A DNA stretch of 64,000 nt from Aquificaceae bacterium (GCA_039630345.1 JBCNVD010000039.1:1-64000); one strand, 5' to 3'; positions 9,096-18,820 are shown, counted from the first letter of the stretch. Notes: a model not told the origin generated them from the letters alone. Translations and numbers: made by a program.

Positions 9096-9931
9096 TTACC
9101 AATAACGAGTATGGAAGAAGGTCTTTTTATTCTTGGCAGGACCATCTCAAGGACTCTAAAGTAGTGATTCATGCCAGAGCTCTCAACATAAAAAAGACTC
9201 ATGTCAATTCCAACAACCAGATCCATGTCCGCAGGCGTTGCGCTAAGCAGTATCGCCCTCTTTTCAGGCACTATGGGAGTTTGAAATACATCTTTTACGA
9301 GCTTTTTAACCTGCTCTAATTCCAGAATGCCCGTGTTGTGATAGATTCTATTGAGTTTTATGTAATCTTTCGGGTTAAGAAGAAGATAATATGGACCGTA
9401 AGACCCCTTTTCAACCAGCTTTGATATGCCATTTACGACATCTGAAAAGGCATTGCCAATTACTTCCCAATCGCTCATTGACATACTCTGGCGACCTTCA
9501 GCGGTTAAAAAGCCCTCTATCCCTAGCTTTTCATCGCCGTTAATGATAAGTGAATCTTCCGCAAAGGCAGTTGCAACGGCGCAGGCTCTTGCCGCAGAGG
9601 TATCAATCGGCAAAGAAAACTGCCTTGCATATTCAAGGTCCCGCCAGTTTATAGCAAAAGGCTTATAAATAGTTGGAAGTGGCACATGCTTTTTCCTGAC
9701 GCTTTTTATAGGCTCTGGGGGCTCACCTGAGTTATTTAGCTCGCAAACTCCTATCTCAAAGCCAGAGAGCACATCAAAGGACACAATCTGATGCCCCGGA
9801 CCTATGGGACCTACGAGCTTTAGAAACCTTCTGCAAACAAGCACCTGACGGGCAGTTTCCTCGATTGCTTCTTCCAGCTCTTTCCACTCATCGCAGTTAA
9901 GTGGCGATGCTTCTTTTGAAAACTCTTGCAT
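9092..9931 (-). CDS. Family 1 encapsulin shell protein (linocin M18/HK97 fold)
   Basis: N-terminus SPL..DEW..LE.....ARQVLVCRRFL..VGPIGPG, AFAEDSLI.NG, GPYYLLL, DLVVG.D, ending LPRIKRPSSI; about 279 aa from ATG 9931. Confidence 0.92.
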   Translation of the reverse strand: MQEFSKEASPLNCDEWKELEEAIEETARQVLVCRRFLKLVGPIGPGHQIVSFDVLSGFEIGVCELNNSGEPPEPIKSVRKKHVPLPTIYKPFAINWRDLEYARQFSLPIDTSAARACAVATAFAEDSLIINGDEKLGIEGFLTAEGRQSMSMSDWEVIGNAFSDVVNGISKLVEKGSYGPYYLLLNPKDYIKLNRIYHNTGILELEQVKKLVKDVFQTPIVPEKRAILLSATPADMDLVVGIDMSLFYVESSGMNHYFRVLEMVLPRIKRPSSILVIGK

Positions 9932-9938
9932 AATAGTT

Positions 9939-10973
9939 TTAAATTTTACTCCAGTATTCCTCAAAGCCTATCCATGTAAGTGGCACTATTTTCTCTAAAT
10001 TGTCCCATCTTTGCATATAAAGCTCTCTTTTTTTTCTTGCGCGCTCTAAAGAGTTATAAAACACCTCTTTTGCCTCCTGCTCGTATTCTTCTAACTGACC
10101 TCCTGCAATGGCCCTTCCTGCCATTTTTCCAGAGATAACCGCATTTGCAATGCCCGCCCCGGTTATAGGGTGGCAAAATCCCCCCGCATCGCCTACTAGC
10201 AACACTCTACCTCTTACTAGCTTCAAAAGCCCATTTGCAGGTAGCCACCCACCGCTTGAGAAAAGCTCCACACTAAAGACCCCCATCGCTCTTAGCTCTT
10301 TTAAAAACTCCCTGAGGGCAAGGTCAAGACCTAATCCAAACTTTGGGTCAATCCCTACCCCAACATTGGCAAGATCGCCCTTTGGAAACACCCACCCATA
10401 ACCCCCGGGGATGTAACTTCTAAAAAACACCCACAGGTCTTTGACCTCTCTTTCGAGCCTGACAGTTTTCTGGGCGCTTACTAAAAAGCAGGTATTTGCC
10501 CCACCGCTTGAGGCTGCAACCTGCGACCTTGGTCCATCTGCCCCGACCACAAATTTAGCCTCTACTCTCAAGAGCTCTCCGGTTTTTAAATTCTTAAGAA
10601 CACAAAGGCCATCCTCAAATCCAAGGAATTTTGTTTTTAAACTCAAAACCGCGCCCTTTTCAAGGGCGCGAGAAGCTATCGCTTTGTCAAACACCGCTCT
10701 ATCAAGAACATACCCGGGAGAGCTCATCTCGCCTACTTCACCCCAGGGGGTAAAGTGGACCATCTTCTTAACCTCTTGCTTTATTGAAATCTCCCAGTTT
10801 ATGTCTTTTAGGTTATATGAGAGCTGAAAAGGTATGAATTCTGCGCACTGGACTGGCTCTCCGATGGACTTTCTGGTATCTATTAAAAAAACCTTCATGC
10901 CGGCTTTTGCGCACTCAAGGGCGCACATGCAACCGCCAGGACCTGCGCCAACAACCAAAACATCAACTTTCAT
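9939..10973 (-). CDS. Geranylgeranyl-reductase-like FAD/NAD(P) oxidoreductase (possible LipT)
   Basis: VVGAGPGG, LDRAVFD, GADGPRS, GGYGWVFPKGD, VGDAGGFCHPITGAGI. Confidence 0.85.
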   Translation of the reverse strand: MKVDVLVVGAGPGGCMCALECAKAGMKVFLIDTRKSIGEPVQCAEFIPFQLSYNLKDINWEISIKQEVKKMVHFTPWGEVGEMSSPGYVLDRAVFDKAIASRALEKGAVLSLKTKFLGFEDGLCVLKNLKTGELLRVEAKFVVGADGPRSQVAASSGGANTCFLVSAQKTVRLEREVKDLWVFFRSYIPGGYGWVFPKGDLANVGVGIDPKFGLGLDLALREFLKELRAMGVFSVELFSSGGWLPANGLLKLVRGRVLLVGDAGGFCHPITGAGIANAVISGKMAGRAIAGGQLEEYEQEAKEVFYNSLERARKKRELYMQRWDNLEKIVPLTWIGFEEYWSKI

Positions 10974-11238
10974 GCTTTTTAAAAAAAGCGCTTGAGGTTT
11001 TAAAAGAAATTCTTAAGCGCCAGTTTACGTAGTATTCTATGCCGGTCTTTGGATTTTTTACAAACCTGCCTCTTTGACTTTTGACTCTAAAGACCCCAAA
11101 ACCTCTTAGCTCTACCCTCCCTGAAGAGATAAGTTCATCCGCAATAGCTTGCAAAAACTCTTCCACAAACATTCTTGCCTCTTCTATGCTGATTTCAAAC
11201 TCCTCGCTAAGGCTTTCTATCAGCTGGGACTTTGTCAC
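10963..11238 (-). CDS. IHF/HU family nucleoid DNA-binding protein
   Basis: TKSQLI, RVELRGFGVF, NPKTG; GGAGG precedes GTG 11238. Confidence 0.9.
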   Translation of the reverse strand: MTKSQLIESLSEEFEISIEEARMFVEEFLQAIADELISSGRVELRGFGVFRVKSQRGRFVKNPKTGIEYYVNWRLRISFKTSSAFFKKHES

Positions 11239-11650
11239 GGCTTTCCTCCACATAAACGGTTTTTACCCTGCCTTGAGCAATGGCCCTGTCCTCTTTGCGA
11301 AAGTAAACTATCTGGGGGGCTTGTATAAAGCTCTCACCCTCTTGCAATCTTGCGTTGCCTTTAAGGATTAAAACCTCCTTCTCAAAATCATACTGGATTA
11401 TATCTGCGCTTGCCTGCCTCTTTTCGTCTCTATAAATGGGTTGACCGCTTGCTTCTGCGCTCTTTGCGCGCTTTTTTTCGTCAAGAAAGATAACGAGCTT
11501 TTGAGCTTTTAAAACACCGTCTGACCTGCTTACTTTGACATTGCCTGTGTATATAAGTTTGTCCTTTTCGTAAGTTAGCTGGTCTGCCTCAAGAACTATC
11601 GGCTGGCTAAATCCAATCAGAACAGTAAAAAGAATTAAAAAAACTCTCAT
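11207..11650 (-). CDS. lptA: LPS transport periplasmic protein LptA
   Basis: Signal peptide and OstA-like beta repeats (YTGNV, LKGNA); follows kdsC-lptC. Confidence 0.85.
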   Translation of the reverse strand: MRVFLILFTVLIGFSQPIVLEADQLTYEKDKLIYTGNVKVSRSDGVLKAQKLVIFLDEKKRAKSAEASGQPIYRDEKRQASADIIQYDFEKEVLILKGNARLQEGESFIQAPQIVYFRKEDRAIAQGRVKTVYVEESRDKVPADRKP

Positions 11651-12135
11651 TCTATACTCGTCCTTACCTTAAAGATGCTGATCTTTTCGCTATCTGTTTG
11701 AATTTTAAAGCCTTCACCTAAAGTGTGCGAGTTTGACAGCTTTAGCTCTACTTTGCTATCGCCCCAGATTAAACCCTCTTTCATATTTATGTAAGAGCTA
11801 TCTGTGGAAAAATCCAGCTCTTTTGATTTTAAGTTAACCCCATTATAAAGAAGACCGTTGCCAGTTTGCCTGTTAAAGACCGCACCTTTTGAAGTTAGCA
11901 CGCTGTCTGAATAGTATAGCTTTACATCCTGAAACTCCACCCTCTGACCCTTTGCAGTAAGCGACCTGCCCTTTATTATCCACTCTATACCGCTGTTGCT
12001 GTAAGATCTTATGCTGATTTCTTCAAGCGAGCTAAGAGCGTCCTGATAAGAAGTTTCCTTAAAGACATTGCTCCAGTTTTTTAAAATGATTGCAAGGGCC
12101 AAAGTCAATATGCCTATAATCAAACTCTTAAGCAT
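11647..12135 (-). CDS. lptC: LPS export protein LptC
   Basis: Single N-terminal TM, beta-rich, G.GF near C-terminus; conserved kdsC-lptC-lptA synteny. Confidence 0.75.
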   Translation of the reverse strand: MLKSLIIGILTLALAIILKNWSNVFKETSYQDALSSLEEISIRSYSNSGIEWIIKGRSLTAKGQRVEFQDVKLYYSDSVLTSKGAVFNRQTGNGLLYNGVNLKSKELDFSTDSSYINMKEGLIWGDSKVELKLSNSHTLGEGFKIQTDSEKISIFKVRTSIE

Positions 12136-12652
12136 AAAAACTCTTTAAAGTTTTTTCAAAGCTTCCTCTAAGAGTTAGTATAAGCTCCGCTATCTCGCGC
12201 ACTGCACCATCGCCACCCTTATTTGATGTCACATAGTGCGCAAACTTTTTAACAATCTCGTGGGCATTACTTACCGCAATCGCAAAACCAACCTTTTGCA
12301 TAGGAGCCAGATCCGGAAGGTCATCGCCAACAAAAGCCGTCTCTTCCGGTTTTATGCTCAATTCTTCAAGGATTTTCTCCATAGCCTTTAGCTTTCTATA
12401 CTCTCCAAAGATTGCAGGAGTTACATTAAGCTCTCTAAGCCTCTCTCTCAAAGCAGGAGAGTCCCTCCCTGATATTGCCCCGACTATTAGTTTTTCAGCC
12501 TGAAGGAGCTTTATGCCAAGTCCATCTCTTACATCAAAGACCTTTATGCTTTCGCCTTCGCCTGTGTAGTAGAGCTTTCCATCGGTTAAAACCCCGTCAA
12601 CATCGAGCAAAATGAGCCTAAGCTTTCTTGCCCTCTCTTCCAGTTTCATCAA
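12128..12652 (-). CDS. kdsC: KDO 8-phosphate phosphatase (HAD)
   Basis: LDVDGVLTDG, FDVRDG, ISGR, GDDLPD, GGDGAVRE. Confidence 0.95.
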   Translation of the reverse strand: MMKLEERARKLRLILLDVDGVLTDGKLYYTGEGESIKVFDVRDGLGIKLLQAEKLIVGAISGRDSPALRERLRELNVTPAIFGEYRKLKAMEKILEELSIKPEETAFVGDDLPDLAPMQKVGFAIAVSNAHEIVKKFAHYVTSNKGGDGAVREIAELILTLRGSFEKTLKSFYA

Positions 12653-13743
12653 ACGCTGGCCTTTTGCTTTAGTTTTTTGATCCTTATTAGAGCTTTCATC
12701 TCCTCAGGGGCTACGAGGCTGAAGGCTTTTCCACTTTTGCCTATCCTGCCTGTTCGTCCGATTCTGTGAATATAAACCTCTGGGTCTTCGGGTATGTGGA
12801 AGTTTATAACCACGCCAACGCCTTTTATATCAAGACCTCTTGATGCGACATCTGTCGCTATGACGATGTTTGCCTTCCCCTCTTTAAAGAGCTTTAAAGA
12901 GTGTTCCCTGCTCTTTTGGGTCATATCCCCGTGCAGTGAAACTGCGTCAAAACCCATTGATTTAACCAGAGCGCTTAGCTCTTTTGCGTCTTTTCTGGTT
13001 TTTACAAAAACTATTATGAGTTCTTTTTGATGCTCTCTGAGAATTTTCTCAAGCTCTGCCAGCTTTTGCTCGCTTGAAGAGAGATTTATAATCCTCTCTT
13101 CTATTTGAGGGCTTAGCTCTTTTGAGATTATCCTGACGAATTTAAAATCTGGCTTTAGATGTTTTGATGAAATTTCCTGAATTTTTGGTGGTATCGTTGC
13201 TGAAAAGAGAAAGCTCTGGCGCTCTTTTGGGGTTTTTGATATTATCCAGTCCACATCTTCCATAAACCCAAGGTCAAGCATCATGTCAGCTTCGTCAAGC
13301 ACCAAAAACTTAACCGCGCTTACATCAAGCACGCCTCTTTGCATCAGATCTTTTAATCTTCCCGGGGTTCCTATTGCCACATCAGGGACAGTGCTTGATA
13401 AGAGCTTTATGTCTCTTTGCACCGGCATTCCGCCATAGAAGCTATAAACTCTCAGGTGCTTAAACCTTGATAGAGAAGAAAATTCCTGCTTTAGCTGAGA
13501 AGAGAGCTCTCTGGTTGGGGTCATCACAAGAGCCAGCGTTTTACCTTCAGGTTTTGCCATTTCAATTATAGGTATTGCAAATGCGGCGGTCTTGCCAGTG
13601 CCTGTTTGTGCCTGACCCATGATGTCAAAGCCCTGAAGCGCAAGGGGTATTGCCTCTTTTTGAATTGGCGTGGGCTTTTGATATCCGCGAAGGCTTATGG
13701 CGTCTCTTAAGGGTTTGGAAAGCTCGCAAAAATCAAATTCCAT
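12649..13743 (-). CDS. DEAD-box RNA helicase (core only)
   Basis: Q motif PTPIQ, AQTGTGKT, PTREL, DEAD, SAT, HRIGRTGR. Confidence 0.96.
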   Translation of the reverse strand: MEFDFCELSKPLRDAISLRGYQKPTPIQKEAIPLALQGFDIMGQAQTGTGKTAAFAIPIIEMAKPEGKTLALVMTPTRELSSQLKQEFSSLSRFKHLRVYSFYGGMPVQRDIKLLSSTVPDVAIGTPGRLKDLMQRGVLDVSAVKFLVLDEADMMLDLGFMEDVDWIISKTPKERQSFLFSATIPPKIQEISSKHLKPDFKFVRIISKELSPQIEERIINLSSSEQKLAELEKILREHQKELIIVFVKTRKDAKELSALVKSMGFDAVSLHGDMTQKSREHSLKLFKEGKANIVIATDVASRGLDIKGVGVVINFHIPEDPEVYIHRIGRTGRIGKSGKAFSLVAPEEMKALIRIKKLKQKASV

Positions 13744-13777
13744 CTAGTATAATCATATCAACTTAAGGAGGCGGGAA

Positions 13778-14698
13778 GTGGCAAAGCTTTTGATGATTCT
13801 TTGCTCTTTTATCCTATCTTGTAGCCCGGCTTTCAGGCAGGCGGTTTTGCCAAAGGCAAATAATCAGCTCTCTATTTTGCAAAAAGGCTCTCACTTTTTT
13901 TCAGAAGAGGAAGAGCGCTTTATCCAGCAAGAGGCAAAAGCTCTTGGCATTCCAGTCCCTAATAGGGAAGAGATAAGGCGCTTTATAGAGTTCTACACCC
14001 GTAACAAACGCCACATAGAAACCTCTTTACAAAGGGCAAGTCTATATATGCCTGTGATTTTGCCTATCATTCGCCAGCACGGAATGCCGGAAGAGCTTGC
14101 CCTTTTGCCGGTTATAGAGAGTGCTTATAACAACTTTGCAATATCGCGCTCGGGGGCTGCGGGTCTTTGGCAGTTTATACCCTCAACTGCAAGAAGGTAT
14201 GGTTTAAGGGTTGATTCTCAGGTTGATGAGCGCTTTGATGTTGCAAAGTCCACTGACGCCGCGATGCGATACCTTAAAGACCTCTATGCGATGTTTGGAA
14301 ACTGGGAGCTTGCGCTTGCTAGTTATAACTGCGGTGAGAATTGTGTCTCAAGTCGCACAGGGGGTCTTGACTTTTGGATAACTCAGGATGCTTTGCCTTT
14401 AGAGACCAGAAACTATGTCCCTGCCTTTTTTGCAGTGCTTTTAATCAATAGAAACCCTCAAAAATACGGCATTAATGCAAGCTTGCAAACGATTGCAATA
14501 AATCGCGAAAGCGTAAATAAAGACACTCCGGTCGAAGAGCTCATAAATCAGCGCTCGCTTCGCGAATCTGTCTTTAAAGACCTAAATCCGCACATAAAAG
14601 GCAATGTAGTCCCCGCAGGCAGCAATCTTTACCTGCCTGTAAGAAAAGAAAACATCACTTACCTCCCGAATGGCGCAAAACTTATCCAGCTTGAATAG
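13778..14698 (+). CDS. Lytic transglycosylase lipoprotein (MltD-like)
   Basis: Lipobox ILSC, IES, GLWQF, ASYN, ETRNYV; AAGGAGG upstream. Confidence 0.9.
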   Translation: MAKLLMILCSFILSCSPAFRQAVLPKANNQLSILQKGSHFFSEEEERFIQQEAKALGIPVPNREEIRRFIEFYTRNKRHIETSLQRASLYMPVILPIIRQHGMPEELALLPVIESAYNNFAISRSGAAGLWQFIPSTARRYGLRVDSQVDERFDVAKSTDAAMRYLKDLYAMFGNWELALASYNCGENCVSSRTGGLDFWITQDALPLETRNYVPAFFAVLLINRNPQKYGINASLQTIAINRESVNKDTPVEELINQRSLRESVFKDLNPHIKGNVVPAGSNLYLPVRKENITYLPNGAKLIQLE

Positions 14699-15274
14699 AT
14701 GCAGGCTTTTATAGCCGCAGGTGGACTGTCTTCAAGATTTGGCGAGGATAAAACTCTTTATAATCTTTGCGGAAAGCCCATCATTAAATGGGTTATTGAC
14801 GCCCTTGAAGGTTTTGATATAACTATACTTTGCAAAGACCCGAAGAAATTTGAAAGCTTTAAAGGCGTAAAAGTTTATAAAGACCTGATTTCTACGCATG
14901 TTGCCATGGCCGGGCTCTATAGCGCGCTTTATTATGCCAGCGGTGAGAGGATTTTATTCCTGAGTGCGGATGCGCCTTTTATCAAAAGAGAGATTCTCAA
15001 TGTGCTTATTGAGAATGCTTCTGCGCTTGCATGCGTTTTTGACATTGATGGACTTCAGCCAATGCCCGGGGTTTACCATACTGCCTTGCTCCCAGAGGTT
15101 GAAAGAAGAATTTGCAAAGGCAATTATTCCTTAAGGGCGCTTTTAAAATCCGTTGAGTGCAGGGTTTTAACTAAAGAATGCGCCGGAAGGCGCGATTCGG
15201 GATTAATCAGTTTTTTTAATATCAATACAAAGCAGGATGCAGATTTTGCAATCAGGCTTTGCAAGGAGCTTTGA
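14699..15274 (+). CDS. mobA: Molybdenum cofactor guanylyltransferase
   Basis: AGGLSSRFGEDK, ADAPF, FFNINT. Confidence 0.9.
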   Translation: MQAFIAAGGLSSRFGEDKTLYNLCGKPIIKWVIDALEGFDITILCKDPKKFESFKGVKVYKDLISTHVAMAGLYSALYYASGERILFLSADAPFIKREILNVLIENASALACVFDIDGLQPMPGVYHTALLPEVERRICKGNYSLRALLKSVECRVLTKECAGRRDSGLISFFNINTKQDADFAIRLCKEL

Positions 15275-15860
15275 GGAGCTTAAAAGTCATTTAGAAACTT
15301 TTGAGCAGGTTGGAAAGGGCTGGCGAGGGTATGTCTTTCGTGCAAAATTTGGGGATTTAGACCTTGCTATAAAAGTAGCCCGTTCAAAAGAGGTTCTGGA
15401 TTTTGTAAAGAGAGAGGTCAGAGCCCTTTCGATGCTTTCAGGTCTTGAGGGTTTTCCTCAAATGAGGTTTTATGGCACTGATTTCGTGGCTTATGATTTT
15501 ATAAGAGGAGAGATTTTCAAAAGAGCAAATCTCTCTAAAGAGAAGAAGCTGGAGGTTTTTATAAAAGTGCTTGAGCTTATTCAGGTTTTGGATTCTCTTG
15601 GCATAGACAAGGGAGAGATGAATAAACTTGATAAAAACCTCCTTGTTTCAGAGGATGGGATTTATTTAATAGACTTTGAGAGCTCCAGGTTTGATGTTAA
15701 AACTCATAACCTTAGCAGGTTTTTGCAACTGCTTTTATCTCATGGGGTTTTATCAAGGGAGCTGGCAAAGGAGCTGGGTATTGCTTACAGAAGAGGAGAG
15801 AAGTGGGTTTTTAAAGAGGTAAAAAATGTCCTTGATAGAGCTATACGAGAGCTTGCTTAG
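15237..15860 (+). CDS. Ser/Thr-kinase-like protein (RIO-related)
   Basis: Gly loop GKGWRGYVF, LAIKV, KRE, LIDFE. Confidence 0.75.
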   Translation: MQILQSGFARSFEELKSHLETFEQVGKGWRGYVFRAKFGDLDLAIKVARSKEVLDFVKREVRALSMLSGLEGFPQMRFYGTDFVAYDFIRGEIFKRANLSKEKKLEVFIKVLELIQVLDSLGIDKGEMNKLDKNLLVSEDGIYLIDFESSRFDVKTHNLSRFLQLLLSHGVLSRELAKELGIAYRRGEKWVFKEVKNVLDRAIRELA

Positions 15861-16473
15861 GCTTTATGGTCCTCAGGGCTGGTGGCCAGTTGACTCAAAG
15901 TATCATATTCTCAAAGGCACAGACCCGCGGGAAGAGATCATAATAGGCGCAATCCTTACTCAAAATACTTCATGGAAAAATGTCGAGAGGGCTCTAAATA
16001 ACATCAAAGAGCAAGGGGAGTTATCCCTGAGGTTTTTTAAACTAGCTTCTTTGGATTTTATAAAAGAGCTTATAAAACCTGCAGGGTTTTACAATCAAAA
16101 AGCTCATAGACTCAAAGAGTTTGCAAGCATATTCCAGAGTGCAAGAGAGCTTGAAAACATCTCACGGGAAGAGCTCCTTAGACTTCCCGGTATAGGTCAG
16201 GAAACTGCGGACTGTATACTTCTCTATGCCTTTGGCAAGCTAAGTTTTGTGATAGATAAATACACCTCCAGGTTTATCTACAGATACAGGGGTATTAAGG
16301 GTAAATATTCCACGCTTAAAGATTTTTTTGAGAGAGAGCTTCCCAAAGACCTTGAGGTTTATAAAGAATTCCATGCGCTTATAGATTATCACGGTAAATA
16401 TTTTTGTAAAAGCGCCCCGCTTTGCGGGGCTTGTGAATTAAAAGACTGTCTTAAAGTAGACCTTTGCGCTTAA
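15826..16473 (+). CDS. Endonuclease III-related HhH-GPD DNA glycosylase
   Basis: GAILTQNTSW, GFYNQKA, LPGIGQETAD, C-terminal Fe-S cluster CKSAPLCGACELKDC. Confidence 0.9.
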   Translation: MSLIELYESLLRLYGPQGWWPVDSKYHILKGTDPREEIIIGAILTQNTSWKNVERALNNIKEQGELSLRFFKLASLDFIKELIKPAGFYNQKAHRLKEFASIFQSARELENISREELLRLPGIGQETADCILLYAFGKLSFVIDKYTSRFIYRYRGIKGKYSTLKDFFERELPKDLEVYKEFHALIDYHGKYFCKSAPLCGACELKDCLKVDLCA

Positions 16474-17080
16474 GAACACCTCTTCGCCAGATGTAAATTA
16501 AAAATCCCATTACCGTAAAGTAAGCTATGGTTCCAATACCCATCATAGCGCGCTTTTCTTTTTCCCTCTCAGCAGGTTCTGAGACGGATTTTAAATATGC
16601 CACTATTTTTGCGGTCTGGGTTGGGTCATCAATTACCTTTGGCATGGAAGTTCCGGGCAAGACCTGATTGGGATTGAGTATGTAGTTATATAAGTATCCC
16701 TGACCTTTAACCAGATACATCGTCGAGAGGTCTGGCGGGACTTTACCAAAGCTGTCTTTAAGAGCTTTTAAATCCTCAGAAAAGACGCTTTTATAAACAT
16801 CCAGCGGTATTAGTTTGCCATATTGTTGCTTAAGGTCTGCAAACTTTGGATTTGCCTCTATTGCACTTAAATAAACCCCGTCGTACCTGACAGAGTGACA
16901 TGCTTGGCAGTAAGATTGAAAAAGAGTCTTGCCTTCGCTTGCATGATTAGTCGTGTCAGAGGCTATCTTTGCTTGCTGAGCCGGCACTTCGTATACCTCG
17001 CGATGCAGGAATGGGTTTTTTATCCATAGAATGAAGAAAAATCCGCCTATGAGGAGTGTGAAAAACACCGACTTTATCAT
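16451..17080 (-). CDS. petC: Cytochrome c1 of the bc1 complex
   Basis: CQACH heme motif, PPDLS, PGTSMP, N- and C-terminal TM; follows petB. Confidence 0.9.
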   Translation of the reverse strand: MIKSVFFTLLIGGFFFILWIKNPFLHREVYEVPAQQAKIASDTTNHASEGKTLFQSYCQACHSVRYDGVYLSAIEANPKFADLKQQYGKLIPLDVYKSVFSEDLKALKDSFGKVPPDLSTMYLVKGQGYLYNYILNPNQVLPGTSMPKVIDDPTQTAKIVAYLKSVSEPAEREKEKRAMMGIGTIAYFTVMGFLIYIWRRGVLKRKGLL

Positions 17081-17082
17081 CT

Positions 17083-18285
17083 TTAGCCTCCTTTTGCCCT
17101 GTATTGACGGAGCTCAATATACGAGATTATCGGGACTCCTATGAAGAATGCAAAGACTCCGAGTGTGAATATAAGCCCAAGTATTGCATTTGTTGTTGTT
17201 GGTTGCATAGTGCCTAGAATTGTAAGCGCCATTGAGGACACAATCAGCAATACAAAAAGGGCAAAGAATAGAGGTCTGTTTCTTGCGCTTCTTTTTGGCG
17301 AGAAATCAAGAAAAGGCAAAACCAGCAGGAGTATAAGTATAAGGTTAAACGCAACAAAACCGAGAAACTTATCAGGAATAGACCTAAAAACTGTGTAATA
17401 AGCAAGTAAATACCACTCAGGGGCAATATGAGCGGGAGTTCTGAATGGGTCTGCGGGGTCGTAGTTATCTGCAGGTAAAAAGTGGCTCATATGAAAAAAT
17501 ACAAAGTAGAAAAATAGCGCCAGATATCCCATCAAAAATGCGCCTTCTTTCAGAGTTATGTAAGGGTGAAAAGGAACGCCTTCTTTTTTCTTGTCTATTT
17601 CCCTTCCATCTGGGCTTGTGATCCCTGCGGCACGAACAAGGTATAGATGAAACATAACAAGACCCATCAAAAGTAGTGGCAATAGCCATATATGAAGACC
17701 GAAGAACCTCCCGAGAGTTATTTGCCCAATTTCGTATCCTCCCCTCATCCAGATTGCTATGGTTTCTCCTATCTTGAGCTTACCTATTATCGGTGCAGAA
17801 TCTATAGAGGTTGGTATCTCAGCAGTAACCACCATACCCCAGTAGGATAGCTGTCCCCAGGGGAGCAAATATCCAGTAAGAGCTGTCATAAGCAGGACAA
17901 AGTATATAAGCCACCCAACAATCCATGTAAGCTCTCTGGGTTTTTTATAAGCGTTATAGTAAATTCCTGTAAAAATGTGCAAATAAACAACCGCAAGGAA
18001 GAAGTTTGCACCGGCTGCATGAATTTGTCTTATCAGCCACATAAAAGGAACATCGCGCATAATCGTGTAATTGACGCTGTCAAATGCCCTGTTGATATCC
18101 GGCTGGTAATACATCGTTAGGAATATTCCCGTGATAACCTGAATTGCAAACGCAACCAGCGCCATGATACCAAAGGCGTATGGGAAAGTTAGGTTTTTTG
18201 GCACTTTGTAATCGCTCATCTGGCTTTGCCAGAGCTGTCCAAGATGAGCTCTCTCATCAATCCACTTCCCAATCCTTCCTATCAT
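17083..18285 (-). CDS. petB: Cytochrome b
   Basis: GYLLPWGQLSYWG, RFFGLH, PEWY, heme-ligating His residues. Confidence 0.97.
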   Translation of the reverse strand: MIGRIGKWIDERAHLGQLWQSQMSDYKVPKNLTFPYAFGIMALVAFAIQVITGIFLTMYYQPDINRAFDSVNYTIMRDVPFMWLIRQIHAAGANFFLAVVYLHIFTGIYYNAYKKPRELTWIVGWLIYFVLLMTALTGYLLPWGQLSYWGMVVTAEIPTSIDSAPIIGKLKIGETIAIWMRGGYEIGQITLGRFFGLHIWLLPLLLMGLVMFHLYLVRAAGITSPDGREIDKKKEGVPFHPYITLKEGAFLMGYLALFFYFVFFHMSHFLPADNYDPADPFRTPAHIAPEWYLLAYYTVFRSIPDKFLGFVAFNLILILLLVLPFLDFSPKRSARNRPLFFALFVLLIVSSMALTILGTMQPTTTNAILGLIFTLGVFAFFIGVPIISYIELRQYRAKGG

Positions 18286-18301
18286 GTCTCACACCTCATA
18301 T

Positions 18302-18820
18302 TTAAGTTTGCTCTTTTATAAACCCCTCTTGTCCTATTACGAGTTTGTTAGCCTCACGGGATTGAGGGGGTAAAGATAGCGACTTTGGTGGAGGTCCTGC
18401 TATTACATCGCCCCAGGGCGAGTAATACCCTCCATGACATGGGCAGTGAAAAACCGGGAACTTGAAATCCCCTTCTCCCTGTGGCTTCCAGATAGGTACA
18501 CAGCCAAGATGCGTGCATACTGCTATCATCGCATAAACATCCTGACCTTTGAGTAGAGACTGATTCTGGGCTGACCTGACAGAACCTCCCCAGCTAAAAC
18601 CCTGCGGCAGCTTTACAACAAAAACTGGCTTACCCTTCCATGAAAAGACCCTTACCTGACCTTCTGGAAGAGAGTTTATGTCAACCTCTACTCTAGCGCC
18701 CTGCAAGGATGCGGCGCTTGGTGCAAGCGACATTACAAAAGGGTACAGGGCAAAAGCTAATCCGGTTAGGCCCATACCCATAACCGCCATCCCGAGAAAG
18801 TCTCTGCGAGACGATTCCAT
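18302..18820 (-). CDS. petA: Rieske iron-sulfur protein
   Basis: Tat motif SRRDFL, CTHLGC, CPCHGG; GGAGGTG before ATG 18820. Confidence 0.96.
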   Translation of the reverse strand: MESSRRDFLGMAVMGMGLTGLAFALYPFVMSLAPSAASLQGARVEVDINSLPEGQVRVFSWKGKPVFVVKLPQGFSWGGSVRSAQNQSLLKGQDVYAMIAVCTHLGCVPIWKPQGEGDFKFPVFHCPCHGGYYSPWGDVIAGPPPKSLSLPPQSREANKLVIGQEGFIKEQT

